Assembly: GCA_963782525.1 (NCBI GenBank)
Contig: CAWAKC010000001.1
Coordinates: forward strand, 448,001-512,000
DNA: 64,000 nucleotides
From: Candidatus Bathyarchaeota archaeon
GTDB lineage: Archaea > Thermoproteota > Bathyarchaeia > Bathyarchaeales > Bathycorpusculaceae
Direction: 5' to 3'
Of this stretch, positions 38,024 to 48,024 are shown piece by piece; positions within the stretch are counted from its first letter, which is position 1, and each line of letters opens with the position of its first letter. Made by a program: the position numbers and the translations under genes. The notes below the pieces were generated by a model that was given only the letters and a program-made list of their open reading frames with translations, had not been told where the DNA came from and ran no database searches.

Positions 38024-38614
38024 TTAAGGAAAATCCACGTTGTTCGCATGACTTCTGATTTCTTTTCCCCGCTCTTTTGGAACTATCTCAATTTTGGCTT
38101 TTTCGAAGGGCTGAGCTAATTCTTTGCCTCCGAAGTAGCGATCCAAAAAAATGGCAAGCGAAGAACACTCTGAATGCGGTTGATTCCCAACAGCCACGTT
38201 AAAATCTGAGACTTCGTTTGAGTAAAACTCACCTGGAACCTTCTGGCTCCCCACAAGAAGCATCACATCTTTGTTTGCTGACTTAATTCTGCTCATGACA
38301 TCACTTGACTGAATGTTTTCGCCATAAGCCGTCAAATGCACCACGATGCCATCCTTAGCTTTCCATTCACGAAGTGCCCTTTTCCAAGGCGTTCCCATTT
38401 CAAAGTAAAAGTTTCCTCCCCACGCTCTGGTGATTTTGGCTACGGTTTCTTGTATATGGGTGTCTTTTGTGTCGGAGAGTATGAAGCCTGAAGCACATAG
38501 CGCCCGAGCAGTCAAAGCCACATGTGTAGTTAAACGCACATCACGTTGTGGTCTGTGTCCCCAACGCAACACGCAAATCTTAGGCAGATCACTCGAGGGT
38601 TTGGAATTTTCCAT
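38024..38614 (-). CDS. trm56: tRNA (cytidine56-2'-O)-methyltransferase
   Basis: GHRPQRDVRLTTHVALTARA, HLTAYG, NQPHSE. Confidence 0.95.
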   Translation of the reverse strand: MENSKPSSDLPKICVLRWGHRPQRDVRLTTHVALTARALCASGFILSDTKDTHIQETVAKITRAWGGNFYFEMGTPWKRALREWKAKDGIVVHLTAYGENIQSSDVMSRIKSANKDVMLLVGSQKVPGEFYSNEVSDFNVAVGNQPHSECSSLAIFLDRYFGGKELAQPFEKAKIEIVPKERGKEIRSHANNVDFP

Positions 38615-39851
38615 TTAAATCTTCCACTTTCCTTCTAACTTGCTCAGCTATACTTGGAGCAGCTTCAAAAACAACATCCACCGAATCGTTGGTAAAGTTT
38701 TCTTTTTCGATATGTGTTTTTTCATGAACCCACGAAATAAACGGCATCGCCTTACCTGTAAGTGGCACTGAAAACTGGGCTTGAACGTAGTTTTCGAGAA
38801 CACGCAAAATATGTTTTCTTAGCGCATCGAGATTGGTTTGGCATTTTGCAGACAGCAGGATTGGGTTTCTGACTTTGTCTTTGAGGGCTTCGAATTTTTG
38901 TTGTCTTTCCTCTTCTGTTAGTTTATCAATTTTGTTTAGGGCAGTTATGGTTGGTATGCCACATGCCCCGAGGCGCTCGATTGTTTCGAGGCAAACCTTG
39001 TTTTTCTTCTCGATGGTTTCTAAGGGCTCGTTTAAGTCGATAACCAATATTATGAGGTCGGAGAAGATGGTTTCCTCGAGAGTTGAATTGAAAGCTTCGA
39101 TAAGTGCTAGCGGTAGGCGGTCGATGAACCCGACAGTGTCAGTTAAGAGGAATTTGCGGTTAGAAAACTCCACCATACGAGTCGTTGTAGAAAGCGTCGT
39201 GAATAGAGCGTTATCTACTTTGACGGTGTCTTCCGTTAAAGCGTTGAAGAGGGAACTTTTTCCAGCGTTAGTGTATCCAGCAAGCGAAACAGTGAGAAAG
39301 CCAAGCTCGGTTCTCCTTTCCCGCTGCAAAACCCTTTTTTCCCGCACTCTTTCAAGTTTTTTTAAGATTGTTTGGACCTGCCGTTTGATGGCATCCCGAT
39401 AAACGTCTGCTTCATAAGCCCCAAGCCCCATAAACCCAGGTTGTTCGCTTCCTTTGGATAACCGTACTTTTTCTCTGGCATGTTTTAGTTCATTTCGCAC
39501 CAATGCAAGCTGAATTTGCAGTTGAGCTTCAGTTGTCGTGGCTCGTTTGGTAAAGATTTCTAGGATAAGCTGGAAGCGATCGATGACTTCGACTTTGGTC
39601 GCTTTGGCAAGGTTGTAGGTTTGAATTGTGCGGAGCTGGTTGTCAAAAATTATTTTGCCAGCGCCAGTTTCCTCGACCATTCGTGAGAGTTCTTCAACTT
39701 TTCCAGCGCCAATTTGGTAGCGTGAGTCAGGCGGGCGGGTCTGCTCCATCGTTCCAACAACAGTGTAGCCGGCAGCTTGCGCTAACGCTTTAAGCTCATC
39801 TAAACTTGATTCTTCACGGTTCAACCTGCGCTGTGCTATGATAGCTTTCGT
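38589..39851 (-). CDS. hflX: GTPase HflX
   Basis: GYTNAGKS, LFTTL, DTVGF, NKID. Start is either TTG 39824 or ACG 39851. Confidence 0.92.
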   Translation of the reverse strand, partial: TKAIIAQRRLNREESSLDELKALAQAAGYTVVGTMEQTRPPDSRYQIGAGKVEELSRMVEETGAGKIIFDNQLRTIQTYNLAKATKVEVIDRFQLILEIFTKRATTTEAQLQIQLALVRNELKHAREKVRLSKGSEQPGFMGLGAYEADVYRDAIKRQVQTILKKLERVREKRVLQRERRTELGFLTVSLAGYTNAGKSSLFNALTEDTVKVDNALFTTLSTTTRMVEFSNRKFLLTDTVGFIDRLPLALIEAFNSTLEETIFSDLIILVIDLNEPLETIEKKNKVCLETIERLGACGIPTITALNKIDKLTEEERQQKFEALKDKVRNPILLSAKCQTNLDALRKHILRVLENYVQAQFSVPLTGKAMPFISWVHEKTHIEKENFTNDSVDVVFEAAPSIAEQVRRKVEDLNGKFQTLE

Positions 39852-40414
39852 TTCGTGGGTTCCTCCCCGCTTTTCTCCTTGAACTCGACGAGGTCCCCTA
39901 AAGTCATCTCCTCACTTGCAACCCTACCCACATGAACATTAGCTTTTTCGTCAGCGATAGGAACCATCAACTGGATCCTCAAAGCATGCTCCAGTTTGCT
40001 GGCTAATTGGTTGTTAGGAGCAACTTTGCCAGTCTCGATATGTCTCAGCAAAGAGGCTTTTTCATTGATTTTTTTGCCCAAATCCTCGTGACTCAAAACA
40101 AGTTTTTCTCTTGCAACTCGAATCTTGTTGGCGTACCCTTCAACGAGTTCTGTGGTTAACTGCACTTGGGCAATAGGAGGTTTTTTCTGGATTGTTGGGA
40201 GATGCATCGTTGATTTAGTCGAGGACGATGAAGGTGAGGTTGGGGATGGGCGTGAGAAAGGCATTTTCTGTGGAGCAGCAGGCAGGTCCGGCTGTTCACG
40301 TATTATTACTTGTCCATGCTTGGAGCATTCTAAACAAACTGTTAGTTTGGCTCCTTCGATAACTGCCCGTACGGGTTCATCGTGTATTTTGCGTCCACAA
40401 ACCTCACATCTCAA
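39836..40414 (-). CDS. mbf1: Archaeal multiprotein bridging factor 1
   Basis: CEVCG...CLEC Zn ribbon, HTH and TLGD motif. Confidence 0.92.
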   Translation of the reverse strand: MRCEVCGRKIHDEPVRAVIEGAKLTVCLECSKHGQVIIREQPDLPAAPQKMPFSRPSPTSPSSSSTKSTMHLPTIQKKPPIAQVQLTTELVEGYANKIRVAREKLVLSHEDLGKKINEKASLLRHIETGKVAPNNQLASKLEHALRIQLMVPIADEKANVHVGRVASEEMTLGDLVEFKEKSGEEPTKRKLS

Positions 40415-40490
40415 GAAACGTTCACCTTTTAACTGTCTTTATAATCTTGTTATGTTTATACTTGTCGAAACAACTTCGCCGGGATGACTC

Positions 40491-40958
40491 ATGGAGAATT
40501 CACTTGCAAAAGTAAGGTCCATAGCTGACTACCAATTCGGAAAGGGAGTAGGCTTAGAGCTTTTTCCCAACACCGTAGAAATCCAGTATTCGCCGCGAAC
40601 GGGCAGAATACGCTACATTAATCTAGACGGCGAGCGGTTAGCTACATTGCGCCCGACCGATGGCGTACTTTCTTTAAGCATCAAAGCCGCCGTTTTTATG
40701 GCTGAAAAAACACCTTTCGCTAAATGTTTTGTTACAGTGAAAAATGATGTTTCCAAATTCATCGCTGAAGGAGGAGACGTCTTCGCGGTCCACGTTCTTA
40801 AGGTTGATGGGGAGGTGGGGGCAAGAGACGAAGTTATCGTGATTGATGAGGATGGGCAGGTTTTAGCGGTTGGACGCACCTTGCTCTCCAGCGAAGAGAT
40901 GAAGGCTTTCAAGACGGGCGTAGCAGTCAAGGTTCGTCATGGAATTAGGGAAAGGTAG
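40491..40958 (+). CDS. PUA-domain protein (archaeosine TGT C-terminal-like)
   Basis: IADYQFG, TGRIR, LATLRP.DG, GVAVKVRHG. Confidence 0.85.
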   Translation: MENSLAKVRSIADYQFGKGVGLELFPNTVEIQYSPRTGRIRYINLDGERLATLRPTDGVLSLSIKAAVFMAEKTPFAKCFVTVKNDVSKFIAEGGDVFAVHVLKVDGEVGARDEVIVIDEDGQVLAVGRTLLSSEEMKAFKTGVAVKVRHGIRER

Positions 40959-40961
40959 GGT

Positions 40962-41900
40962 TTAATGTATTTGCATAACTTGTGTTGAAGAGTTCCAGGT
41001 GTCTTCTACAATCTGCGCTACTTCCCGTAACAACGAAGCTAACTTTTTACCTTTACCAGTTAACGCGTAGAGTTTTGGCGTTCTTCGAAGGAAAATTAGT
41101 TTTTTTCCCTTCAAAATACGAATGCACTTGTAAGTTCTTCTCACTGAAAGCCCTGTTTCTTTAGCAAGCTTTCCTGCCGAAGACCCTTCATCCGTTAGGG
41201 CATCGTAAACTTTTCGTTCAGAAACTGTAATCGTTTCTTTGTTTGGGTCACGTATTGTTTTGAAGTAAAACACGTAATCTCTTTCATCCGGGGTCTCTAT
41301 CAAGCCAACAGAGCGTAATCGTTTGAGGGTCCGCGAAGTACTCTTTGACGGAATAAGGGTTTCAATTTCTTCAAAGCTTTTGGGTGCTCCAAGCAGGTTT
41401 TGCAATAGGACTTCTTCGTAACATTCTGAGCGAGCGGGAAGTTTTTCGACAAATTCAGAGAAACCTTGCAACAACTCAGCTAATCGCCTCCCAAACATCG
41501 TGGTGCCGTATTCTTCTCGCACTTCCGTTGCTAAACCAACTCTGATTAAAGGCAGTAAATATTCTTCCCGGAAGCCTTGCGAACTATAGTTATAGCCTGT
41601 TTTTTTAAGAACACGCCGCAGTTGGGTAACTGAACATTTATCGTTCACAATTGTCTCCAGAACATAAAACCGTGTCTCATTTTTCAGAACATTGAAAAGT
41701 TCCTTCATGTAGTATGGGTTATTCATCGTTTCGCGCAGGTTTCTTAATTCGTTTTTTAGCTTGTACACTTGGCATCTGCTTATGCATTCAAGGGGTGTTG
41801 TTGGAGCACAGTTTTTGCATTCATCTTCAAGGGATTTCATCATTCCAGCTAAGGTCTGGGTGTTTTCTCCTTTCGGGCTTGATATTTGTACAGTTCCCAT
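40962..41900 (-). CDS. Multi-wHTH protein with an N-terminal Cys cluster
   Basis: CKNCAPTTPLECISRC followed by repeated wHTH-like segments. Confidence 0.65.
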   Translation of the reverse strand: MGTVQISSPKGENTQTLAGMMKSLEDECKNCAPTTPLECISRCQVYKLKNELRNLRETMNNPYYMKELFNVLKNETRFYVLETIVNDKCSVTQLRRVLKKTGYNYSSQGFREEYLLPLIRVGLATEVREEYGTTMFGRRLAELLQGFSEFVEKLPARSECYEEVLLQNLLGAPKSFEEIETLIPSKSTSRTLKRLRSVGLIETPDERDYVFYFKTIRDPNKETITVSERKVYDALTDEGSSAGKLAKETGLSVRRTYKCIRILKGKKLIFLRRTPKLYALTGKGKKLASLLREVAQIVEDTWNSSTQVMQIH

Positions 41901-42016
41901 TTTTTTGTTCTCCTGCTTTTGTTTGCCCGTCCTGCTTTCTCTTTAAGCCTACATTGAATGAACCTAATTTCCAATACTGTGATTTCGAAGTGCAGGCGCA
42001 AGCAACTAATGTCCAA

Positions 42017-42403
42017 CTACGTTGAACACCTGCCCAGCCTCCGCAACCGGAAAGATAAGTTGGGAAGCTGGGCGTGTCCGAAGTTACTTTTAGTCTGGGG
42101 TTCTTTTGTTTGGGAGGAAACTATTGGGTCAAAATGGTTTTTCAAGCAATTCTTGTCTTTGGTTTTACTAGAAATTTTTGACGGCTGAGCCATCTGCTTG
42201 TACTTGAGGATGCCTATGTCAAACTGTTCAAATTCTGGTCGGCCGTTTGGAAGCCAAACTTCAAGGGTGTTCTTCTGGAATAAATCCCGTAGGTGCTGAG
42301 TGTCTTGCCCTCGTATTATTGGCTGGATAATCGTTTTTCCGTTCTCTTCGAAAACCATGACTGTTACGCATTTCAGTTTGGTTTCAGATACTGCAGAATT
42401 CAT
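42017..42403 (-). CDS. Hypothetical protein
   Basis: ATG ORF with an upstream GAGG and a TTTATGG box. No recognisable family. Confidence 0.45.
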   Translation of the reverse strand: MNSAVSETKLKCVTVMVFEENGKTIIQPIIRGQDTQHLRDLFQKNTLEVWLPNGRPEFEQFDIGILKYKQMAQPSKISSKTKDKNCLKNHFDPIVSSQTKEPQTKSNFGHAQLPNLSFRLRRLGRCST

Positions 42404-42598
42404 TTGAAGAGCCTCAGACAGTTACATCTAAAGCACCTAAACCCATAAAACGGTTCTTGTAAAGATTTCTTGACACAAAAAAAATTGACAAAAAAAAATT
42501 TATTTTTTCCTGCTAAAGTCCATTAACAATCTTTTCTGTGGTTTTTTCCAGATAACTTATAATCTAATGAATTATATTTGTTGAATAGGCGTATTTGG

Positions 42599-43921
42599 GT
42601 GTCGGATTCAGAGGAAGAAATCTACTCCGTAATGTTCAGTTCACTTAGGCATCCAGCCCGCCGCAAAATCCTCCGTATGCTTTCAGAAAGAAAAGTAACT
42701 TATTCTCAGATGCTTGAAGAGCTTGCCATAACGAGTTCTCATTTAACTTATCATTTAGAGAACCTTGGTGACCTGGTCATAAAGGATGAAAGCGGAAGAT
42801 ACGAACTTTCCAGCTTTGGCAAAGCAGCGCTTATCATGATGAGGGGCGCCGAAGAAGTCCCAGATACACAGTCCAAACATTTTTCAGCTTTACCCCTAAG
42901 ATGGAAGAGCCTCTACGCTTTTTTCACCATAGCCATCGTGCTATTGGCAAGTCTTTCAGTAATTGAATTTTCTTCATTCAACAAGCTATCAACCGACTAC
43001 AGTACTCTGCAAACCAACTATAACAGCATACAAGCACAGAACCAAAAGCTACTTCTGTCGAATACCTCAAATGACGCCGAACAAGCCAAAACCCTAATGA
43101 ACAGTGTACTACAAATTGATACTTCAAAGTATCAGATGACCCTAAAAGGTGATACCGTACAACATAGGACAGATTTAGGCGGCGTCATCGAAGAAATCTT
43201 GCAGTATTCATTAGTAAACAACTACAGCCGAATCGATTTAACCGTAAGGTTTAGGAACGGTCACTTTTCGTTGATTCAGATAAACCAGCTTGAAGGCGCA
43301 CCAAACTTCCCCTTGATTTACACTCAGCCACAGCCAACAGACGTCTTCCAAGCTTGCCAAGGATTACTTGACAGATACAAAGCAGCTTTCAAAGATTCCT
43401 ACATGGACCAGATTGATACTCTCATGGCCTCGGCGAACAGCAATTCAAGCGGCCAAACTTTTGGAGATGCGAAGCTTCAGTTTTCAGCCTACAACAATTA
43501 CGCCGATGTTCTATTGATGTACTCATATAACGGAACTGATTTCCAAGCAAAAAGCCTCCATCTTTCATATCAAAACAAAATACTAACTGAATTCAGCGAC
43601 GACTGGTTCCTATTCAAAGTTGGAAGCACCCAAATTAACATCTCTAAAGACCAAGCTGTGTTAATAGCGAAAAACGCGGCAAAAAGCTATTCTTGGACCG
43701 CAGACGGAATGCAAGTAACCAACTTCCAAGTGTTAGATAACCCAGTATCAGCGCAGTTTTATCCAAAACCCAGTGACACCGACGTTTTTACATTGTACCC
43801 ATACTGGTATGTAACATTGTATCTGGATAAAACTTATCCTAATGGAGTTACCCAAATAGCTGTAGGAGTTTGGGCAGACTCAGGACAAGTTTCAAGCATT
43901 CAAGCCCTAGCAACATCATAG
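42599..43921 (+). CDS. Membrane-anchored ArsR-type wHTH regulator with an extracellular domain
   Basis: SLRHPARRKILRML...HLTYHLENL, a single TM, a coiled coil and a ~300-aa C-domain. Start GTG 42599 or TTG 42578. Confidence 0.8.
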   Translation: MSDSEEEIYSVMFSSLRHPARRKILRMLSERKVTYSQMLEELAITSSHLTYHLENLGDLVIKDESGRYELSSFGKAALIMMRGAEEVPDTQSKHFSALPLRWKSLYAFFTIAIVLLASLSVIEFSSFNKLSTDYSTLQTNYNSIQAQNQKLLLSNTSNDAEQAKTLMNSVLQIDTSKYQMTLKGDTVQHRTDLGGVIEEILQYSLVNNYSRIDLTVRFRNGHFSLIQINQLEGAPNFPLIYTQPQPTDVFQACQGLLDRYKAAFKDSYMDQIDTLMASANSNSSGQTFGDAKLQFSAYNNYADVLLMYSYNGTDFQAKSLHLSYQNKILTEFSDDWFLFKVGSTQINISKDQAVLIAKNAAKSYSWTADGMQVTNFQVLDNPVSAQFYPKPSDTDVFTLYPYWYVTLYLDKTYPNGVTQIAVGVWADSGQVSSIQALATS

Positions 43922-43999
43922 GACTATAATCGACGTCGGGATGAGTGAAGTTAAGTTTATATCACGTTATAATGCAGTACTTCTTAGATGTGAAATTCA

Positions 44000-44365
44000 T
44001 TGAATAGACGTATGAATCCTCGAGAGCAAAAACGCATGATGCAGCGTATGGGCATGAACATGGACTCTGTCGCAGATGTCCAACAAGTCATAATCCGAAC
44101 CGCAAACAAAGACATTGTTATAGATGAACCCGAGGTTGCTATTCTCCAAGTTCAAGGACAAAAGATGTATCAGGTTATCGGCGGCCAAGTCAGCGAGCAA
44201 GCGCCATCACAGAGGGGAGCAGCAGCGGTTGCAGCGCCATTATTCTCCGAAGAAGACGTGCAGTTGGTGGCTGATCAAACGGGCAAAAGCTTGGAAAAAG
44301 CAAAAGAAGCCCTCCAAGAATGCGGTGGCGACCTAGCAAAAGCTATTTTGTTGCTCCAATCCTAA
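44000..44365 (+). CDS. nac: Nascent polypeptide-associated complex protein
   Basis: MNPR..MMQRMG, EDVQLVADQTG, GDLAKAIL. Confidence 0.93.
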   Translation: MNRRMNPREQKRMMQRMGMNMDSVADVQQVIIRTANKDIVIDEPEVAILQVQGQKMYQVIGGQVSEQAPSQRGAAAVAAPLFSEEDVQLVADQTGKSLEKAKEALQECGGDLAKAILLLQS

Positions 44366-44541
44366 TTTTTCAATTATTTTTTTAACTCATTTTTCTTGAA
44401 CAAAATGCTTACGGCGGGAGCTTTGTAAGCAAAAGAGTTTGGTCACATTCAACAGCGACTTGGCTGTTTCTTTAGAAAAAGTTATAGCGTAGGCACACAT
44501 TAAGCCATAACTAAATCAATTAATTGGATGGTTAACGTTTA

Positions 44542-45627
44542 ATGACTGAAATTCGCGTAGCACTCATAGGCGTTGGCAACAGCGCATCAGCCCTCATTCA
44601 AGGAACCCAATACTACAAGAACGCTAAAGAAACTGAAACTGTTCCCGGGCTCATGCATGTGAACTACGGCGGCTACCACATCAGCGACATAAAATTCGTT
44701 GCTGCATTTGAAGTTAACAAAGACAAAATCGGCAAAGACCTCTCCGAAGCCATCTGGGTAAAACCGAACTGCTGCGAAAAATTCGCCGACGTTCCCAACC
44801 TCGGCGTCAAAGTTTCACCCGCCCCAATCATGGACGGCGCCGCACCCCATATGCGGGAAACCTTCAATGTCTATGACGACAGCAAAACCCCCAAAGACAG
44901 CGTCGTCAAAATCCTCAAGGAAGCCAAAGCACAAATTCTCGTCAACTACCTTCCAGTCGGCAGCCACGACGCAGTACGCTTCTACGCCCAATGCGCCATC
45001 GACGCGGGATGTGCGTTTGTGAATTGCATGCCTGAATTCATCGGGTCCGACGCCTCCAAAGAATGGCCCAAAAAATTCGAAGCTGCAGGGTTGCCAGTTT
45101 TGGGCGATGACATCAAAAGCCAAGTTGGCGCAACGATTTTACACCGTACACTTATCAGACTTTGCCTAGACCGCGGCGCCATCGTGGATGAAACTTACCA
45201 GTTAAACCTCGGTGGAGACACAGACTTCCAGAACATGACAGTCGAAAACCGCCTAACATCTAAACGTATCAGCAAAACCGAAGCAGTCACAAGCCTCGTT
45301 CCCTACGCTCTGCCAACAAGAATCGGACCCTCAGATTTCGTGCCTTTCCTAAAGAACAAGAAAATATGCTACTTATCAATCAAAACCCGAGCGTTCGGCG
45401 ACCGGCCCATAACCATCAGTGCAAAACTCGAAGTGGAAGACTCACCCAACAGCGCTGGCGTAGTCATAGACCTTATCCGCGCCGCCAAAATCGCCCTAGA
45501 CCGCAAAATCTCAGGCACACTCATAAGCATGCCCAGTTACGCGTTTAAGCATCCGCCTGTTCAGGTGCCAGACTCAGAAGCCAGACAATGGACAGAAGAT
45601 TGGATAGCCGGCAAACGCGAACGCTAA
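44542..45627 (+). CDS. ino1: myo-Inositol-1-phosphate synthase
   Basis: GVGNSAS, NYLPVGS, GDDIKSQVGAT, DSPNSAG. Confidence 0.95.
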   Translation: MTEIRVALIGVGNSASALIQGTQYYKNAKETETVPGLMHVNYGGYHISDIKFVAAFEVNKDKIGKDLSEAIWVKPNCCEKFADVPNLGVKVSPAPIMDGAAPHMRETFNVYDDSKTPKDSVVKILKEAKAQILVNYLPVGSHDAVRFYAQCAIDAGCAFVNCMPEFIGSDASKEWPKKFEAAGLPVLGDDIKSQVGATILHRTLIRLCLDRGAIVDETYQLNLGGDTDFQNMTVENRLTSKRISKTEAVTSLVPYALPTRIGPSDFVPFLKNKKICYLSIKTRAFGDRPITISAKLEVEDSPNSAGVVIDLIRAAKIALDRKISGTLISMPSYAFKHPPVQVPDSEARQWTEDWIAGKRER

Positions 45628-45708
45628 AAAACTTTTTTTCTCTTCATTAATCCTTTTATGTATGATTCCATTCTGGATACTAGTCTAAATTAAAGAAGGT
45701 TCAAGTGC

Positions 45709-46125
45709 ATGGTAAAAGTTGAAGCATACGAAGTGCCTGAAGGCCTTTATTACTCTAAAGATTTTGAATGGATAAAAATTGAAGGAGACAAAATCCGCAT
45801 GGGCATCACCGACTACGCCCAAAAATCCCTGCGCGAAATCGTCTACGCCGAGTTGCCGAGCGCCGGCTCCGAGGTAAAGCAGAATGAGCCCTATGGAACC
45901 CTTGAATCCGTCAAAGCTGTCTCAGACCTCGTCGCTCCAATAAGCGGGTCCATAGAGGAAGTCAACGATGAAGTCCAATCTAAACCTGAAACCTTAAACG
46001 AAGACCCCTACGGAAAAGGCTGGTTAATCATCGTCAAACCCTCCAACCTGCAAGCGGAACTTGCCAACCTAATGGACTTTAACAAAGCCGTTGAATGGCA
46101 TAAAGCCCAATCACAATCCAAATAA
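45709..46125 (+). CDS. gcvH: Glycine cleavage system H / lipoyl carrier protein
   Basis: GITDYAQ, ESVKAVSD (lipoyl-Lys), DPYGKGW. Confidence 0.93.
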   Translation: MVKVEAYEVPEGLYYSKDFEWIKIEGDKIRMGITDYAQKSLREIVYAELPSAGSEVKQNEPYGTLESVKAVSDLVAPISGSIEEVNDEVQSKPETLNEDPYGKGWLIIVKPSNLQAELANLMDFNKAVEWHKAQSQSK

Positions 46126-46135
46126 GGTGACTTAG

Positions 46136-47482
46136 ATGGCGCGACGCGTAATCGTTATAGGCGCAAACGCTGCAGGTGTAGAAGCTGCCTCAGCCGCACG
46201 CAAAAAAGACCGCACAGCCGAAATCACCCTCATAACCAACGAGAAAAACGCAGGATACTCCCGATGTGGCTTACCTTTTGTCATTGGTGGGCAGATTGCG
46301 AATTTTAAGGACCTGATTGTTTATCCACCTGCTTATTTCCAGATGCTCAAGCTTAACTTGCGCAGCGAAACCAAAGCTACGGCAATTAACACCAAAGAAA
46401 AAACCGTAACCATCGCCACCAAAGAAGGCACAACCGAGGTTTTACCCTTCGACAGCCTCGTAATTGCCACAGGCGCAGACTCGTTCATGCCACCGATTAA
46501 GGGCAAAGAAAAACCCGGCATCCTCAGCCTCCGAGGCATAGAAGATGGCGAAAAAATTGACGCCGCCGTTAAGGCAGGCTCCAAATCAGCCGTCATAATG
46601 GGTGCAGGATTAATCGGTTTAGAAGTTGGCGTCGGCTTGATGGAAAGAGGCTTGAAAGTAACAATCGTAGAAATGTTGCCCCAGATACTGCCCCAACTTC
46701 TTGATGCGGACATGGCAAAAATGGTTCAAGAGCACCTGCAAGAAAAAGGCATGACCATACTCACAAGCAAAGGAGTCGAAGAATTCCTAGGTGAAAACAA
46801 AGTTACTGCGGTTATGGCTGGCGGAGAAAAAATTGGAGCCGACTTATTCATCAGCGCCTTCGGAGTCCGAGCTAACACCAAACTCGCCGTCAACGCAGGC
46901 ATACCCTTGGGTGAAACCCACGCAATCAAGACCAACGGCAGAATGGAAACCGACATAAAAGACATCTATGCGGTCGGCGACTGTGCTGAAACCCCAAACA
47001 TCATAACCCACAAACCCACCTGCGCACAACTCGGCACCATCGCTGTTCGCCAGGGTAAGGTTGCAGGTGCAAATGCGGGAGGCGACTACAGCCAGTTCAG
47101 CGGCGTTTTAGCTTCAGCGGTGACCATGCTCTTTGAGATCCAAGCTGGCAACACAGGCTTAACCGAAACCGCTGCAGCACGCAATCGCATAGAGGTTGTT
47201 ACAGGAACGATAAGCAGCAAGACAAAAGCAGATTATTTCCCAGGCGCCAAACCCATCAAAGTCAAACTCGTCGTTGAAAAAGAATCTCAACGCATAGTCG
47301 GTGGACAAGTCATCGGTGGAGAAGAAGTCACCCAACGCATAAACTGTCTATCCTTCGCCATCCAAAAAGGCATGACCGTCCGCGAACTCGCCAAAGCCGA
47401 CACCGCATATGCGCCACCACTTTGCGAAACATGGGAACCTATGGTCTTAGCAGCTGAAATGGTCCTCATGAAACTGCGTTAA
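46136..47482 (+). CDS. FAD-dependent NADH oxidase / CoA-disulfide reductase family protein
   Basis: GANAAG, single-Cys YSRCGLP, GAGLIGLE, YAVGD, YAPP. Confidence 0.88.
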   Translation: MARRVIVIGANAAGVEAASAARKKDRTAEITLITNEKNAGYSRCGLPFVIGGQIANFKDLIVYPPAYFQMLKLNLRSETKATAINTKEKTVTIATKEGTTEVLPFDSLVIATGADSFMPPIKGKEKPGILSLRGIEDGEKIDAAVKAGSKSAVIMGAGLIGLEVGVGLMERGLKVTIVEMLPQILPQLLDADMAKMVQEHLQEKGMTILTSKGVEEFLGENKVTAVMAGGEKIGADLFISAFGVRANTKLAVNAGIPLGETHAIKTNGRMETDIKDIYAVGDCAETPNIITHKPTCAQLGTIAVRQGKVAGANAGGDYSQFSGVLASAVTMLFEIQAGNTGLTETAAARNRIEVVTGTISSKTKADYFPGAKPIKVKLVVEKESQRIVGGQVIGGEEVTQRINCLSFAIQKGMTVRELAKADTAYAPPLCETWEPMVLAAEMVLMKLR

Positions 47483-47639
47483 GCAGTTCCCAAACCTTTC
47501 TTCTTTCTTTAACTTTTAAGCACTAAAAAGCAACATACTAATTACCGGTTTTTCGCCAATTCTGACTTATCACTCTTAGGGTGTAGCAAAATTATAAGAG
47601 GAACTGCAGGTACATTTACTTGGTTATCGGTGAAGTGTT

Positions 47640-48002
47640 ATGGACGTAGCTGTCTCTTATGAGCCATTTCAAGAAATTGTGATTATGGAGAAAACCCGTT
47701 TCAACAGCCCTGAAGAAATTGCGCGGTTCACCTCAGTGATTGCGGGCGGCAAGTTGGCTGGGTTGTATTGGGTTGATGGCGTGGTTTTTCTGTATTTTCC
47801 GTTGACGGCTTCGACGACGATTGTTGCGAAGGAGCTACTCGAGAAGCACAAGGTTTACTGGACGTTTGTTGGGTTTGCGATGATGCCTAAGTATATGCAG
47901 ATTATCGAGACGAAGGAGAAGATGATTGTGCCCGTCGTTGAGATCACGTCGGATCCGATTCTCAAGTCGGTTGCTCACTGGTTGAAAGAACTCAAAGAGT
48001 AA
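47640..48002 (+). CDS. Conserved archaeal hypothetical protein
   Basis: GGTGA RBS, LYWVDGVVF motif. Confidence 0.65.
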   Translation: MDVAVSYEPFQEIVIMEKTRFNSPEEIARFTSVIAGGKLAGLYWVDGVVFLYFPLTASTTIVAKELLEKHKVYWTFVGFAMMPKYMQIIETKEKMIVPVVEITSDPILKSVAHWLKELKE

Positions 48003-48024
48003 GCCCATTTTTGAAGGCACAGTT

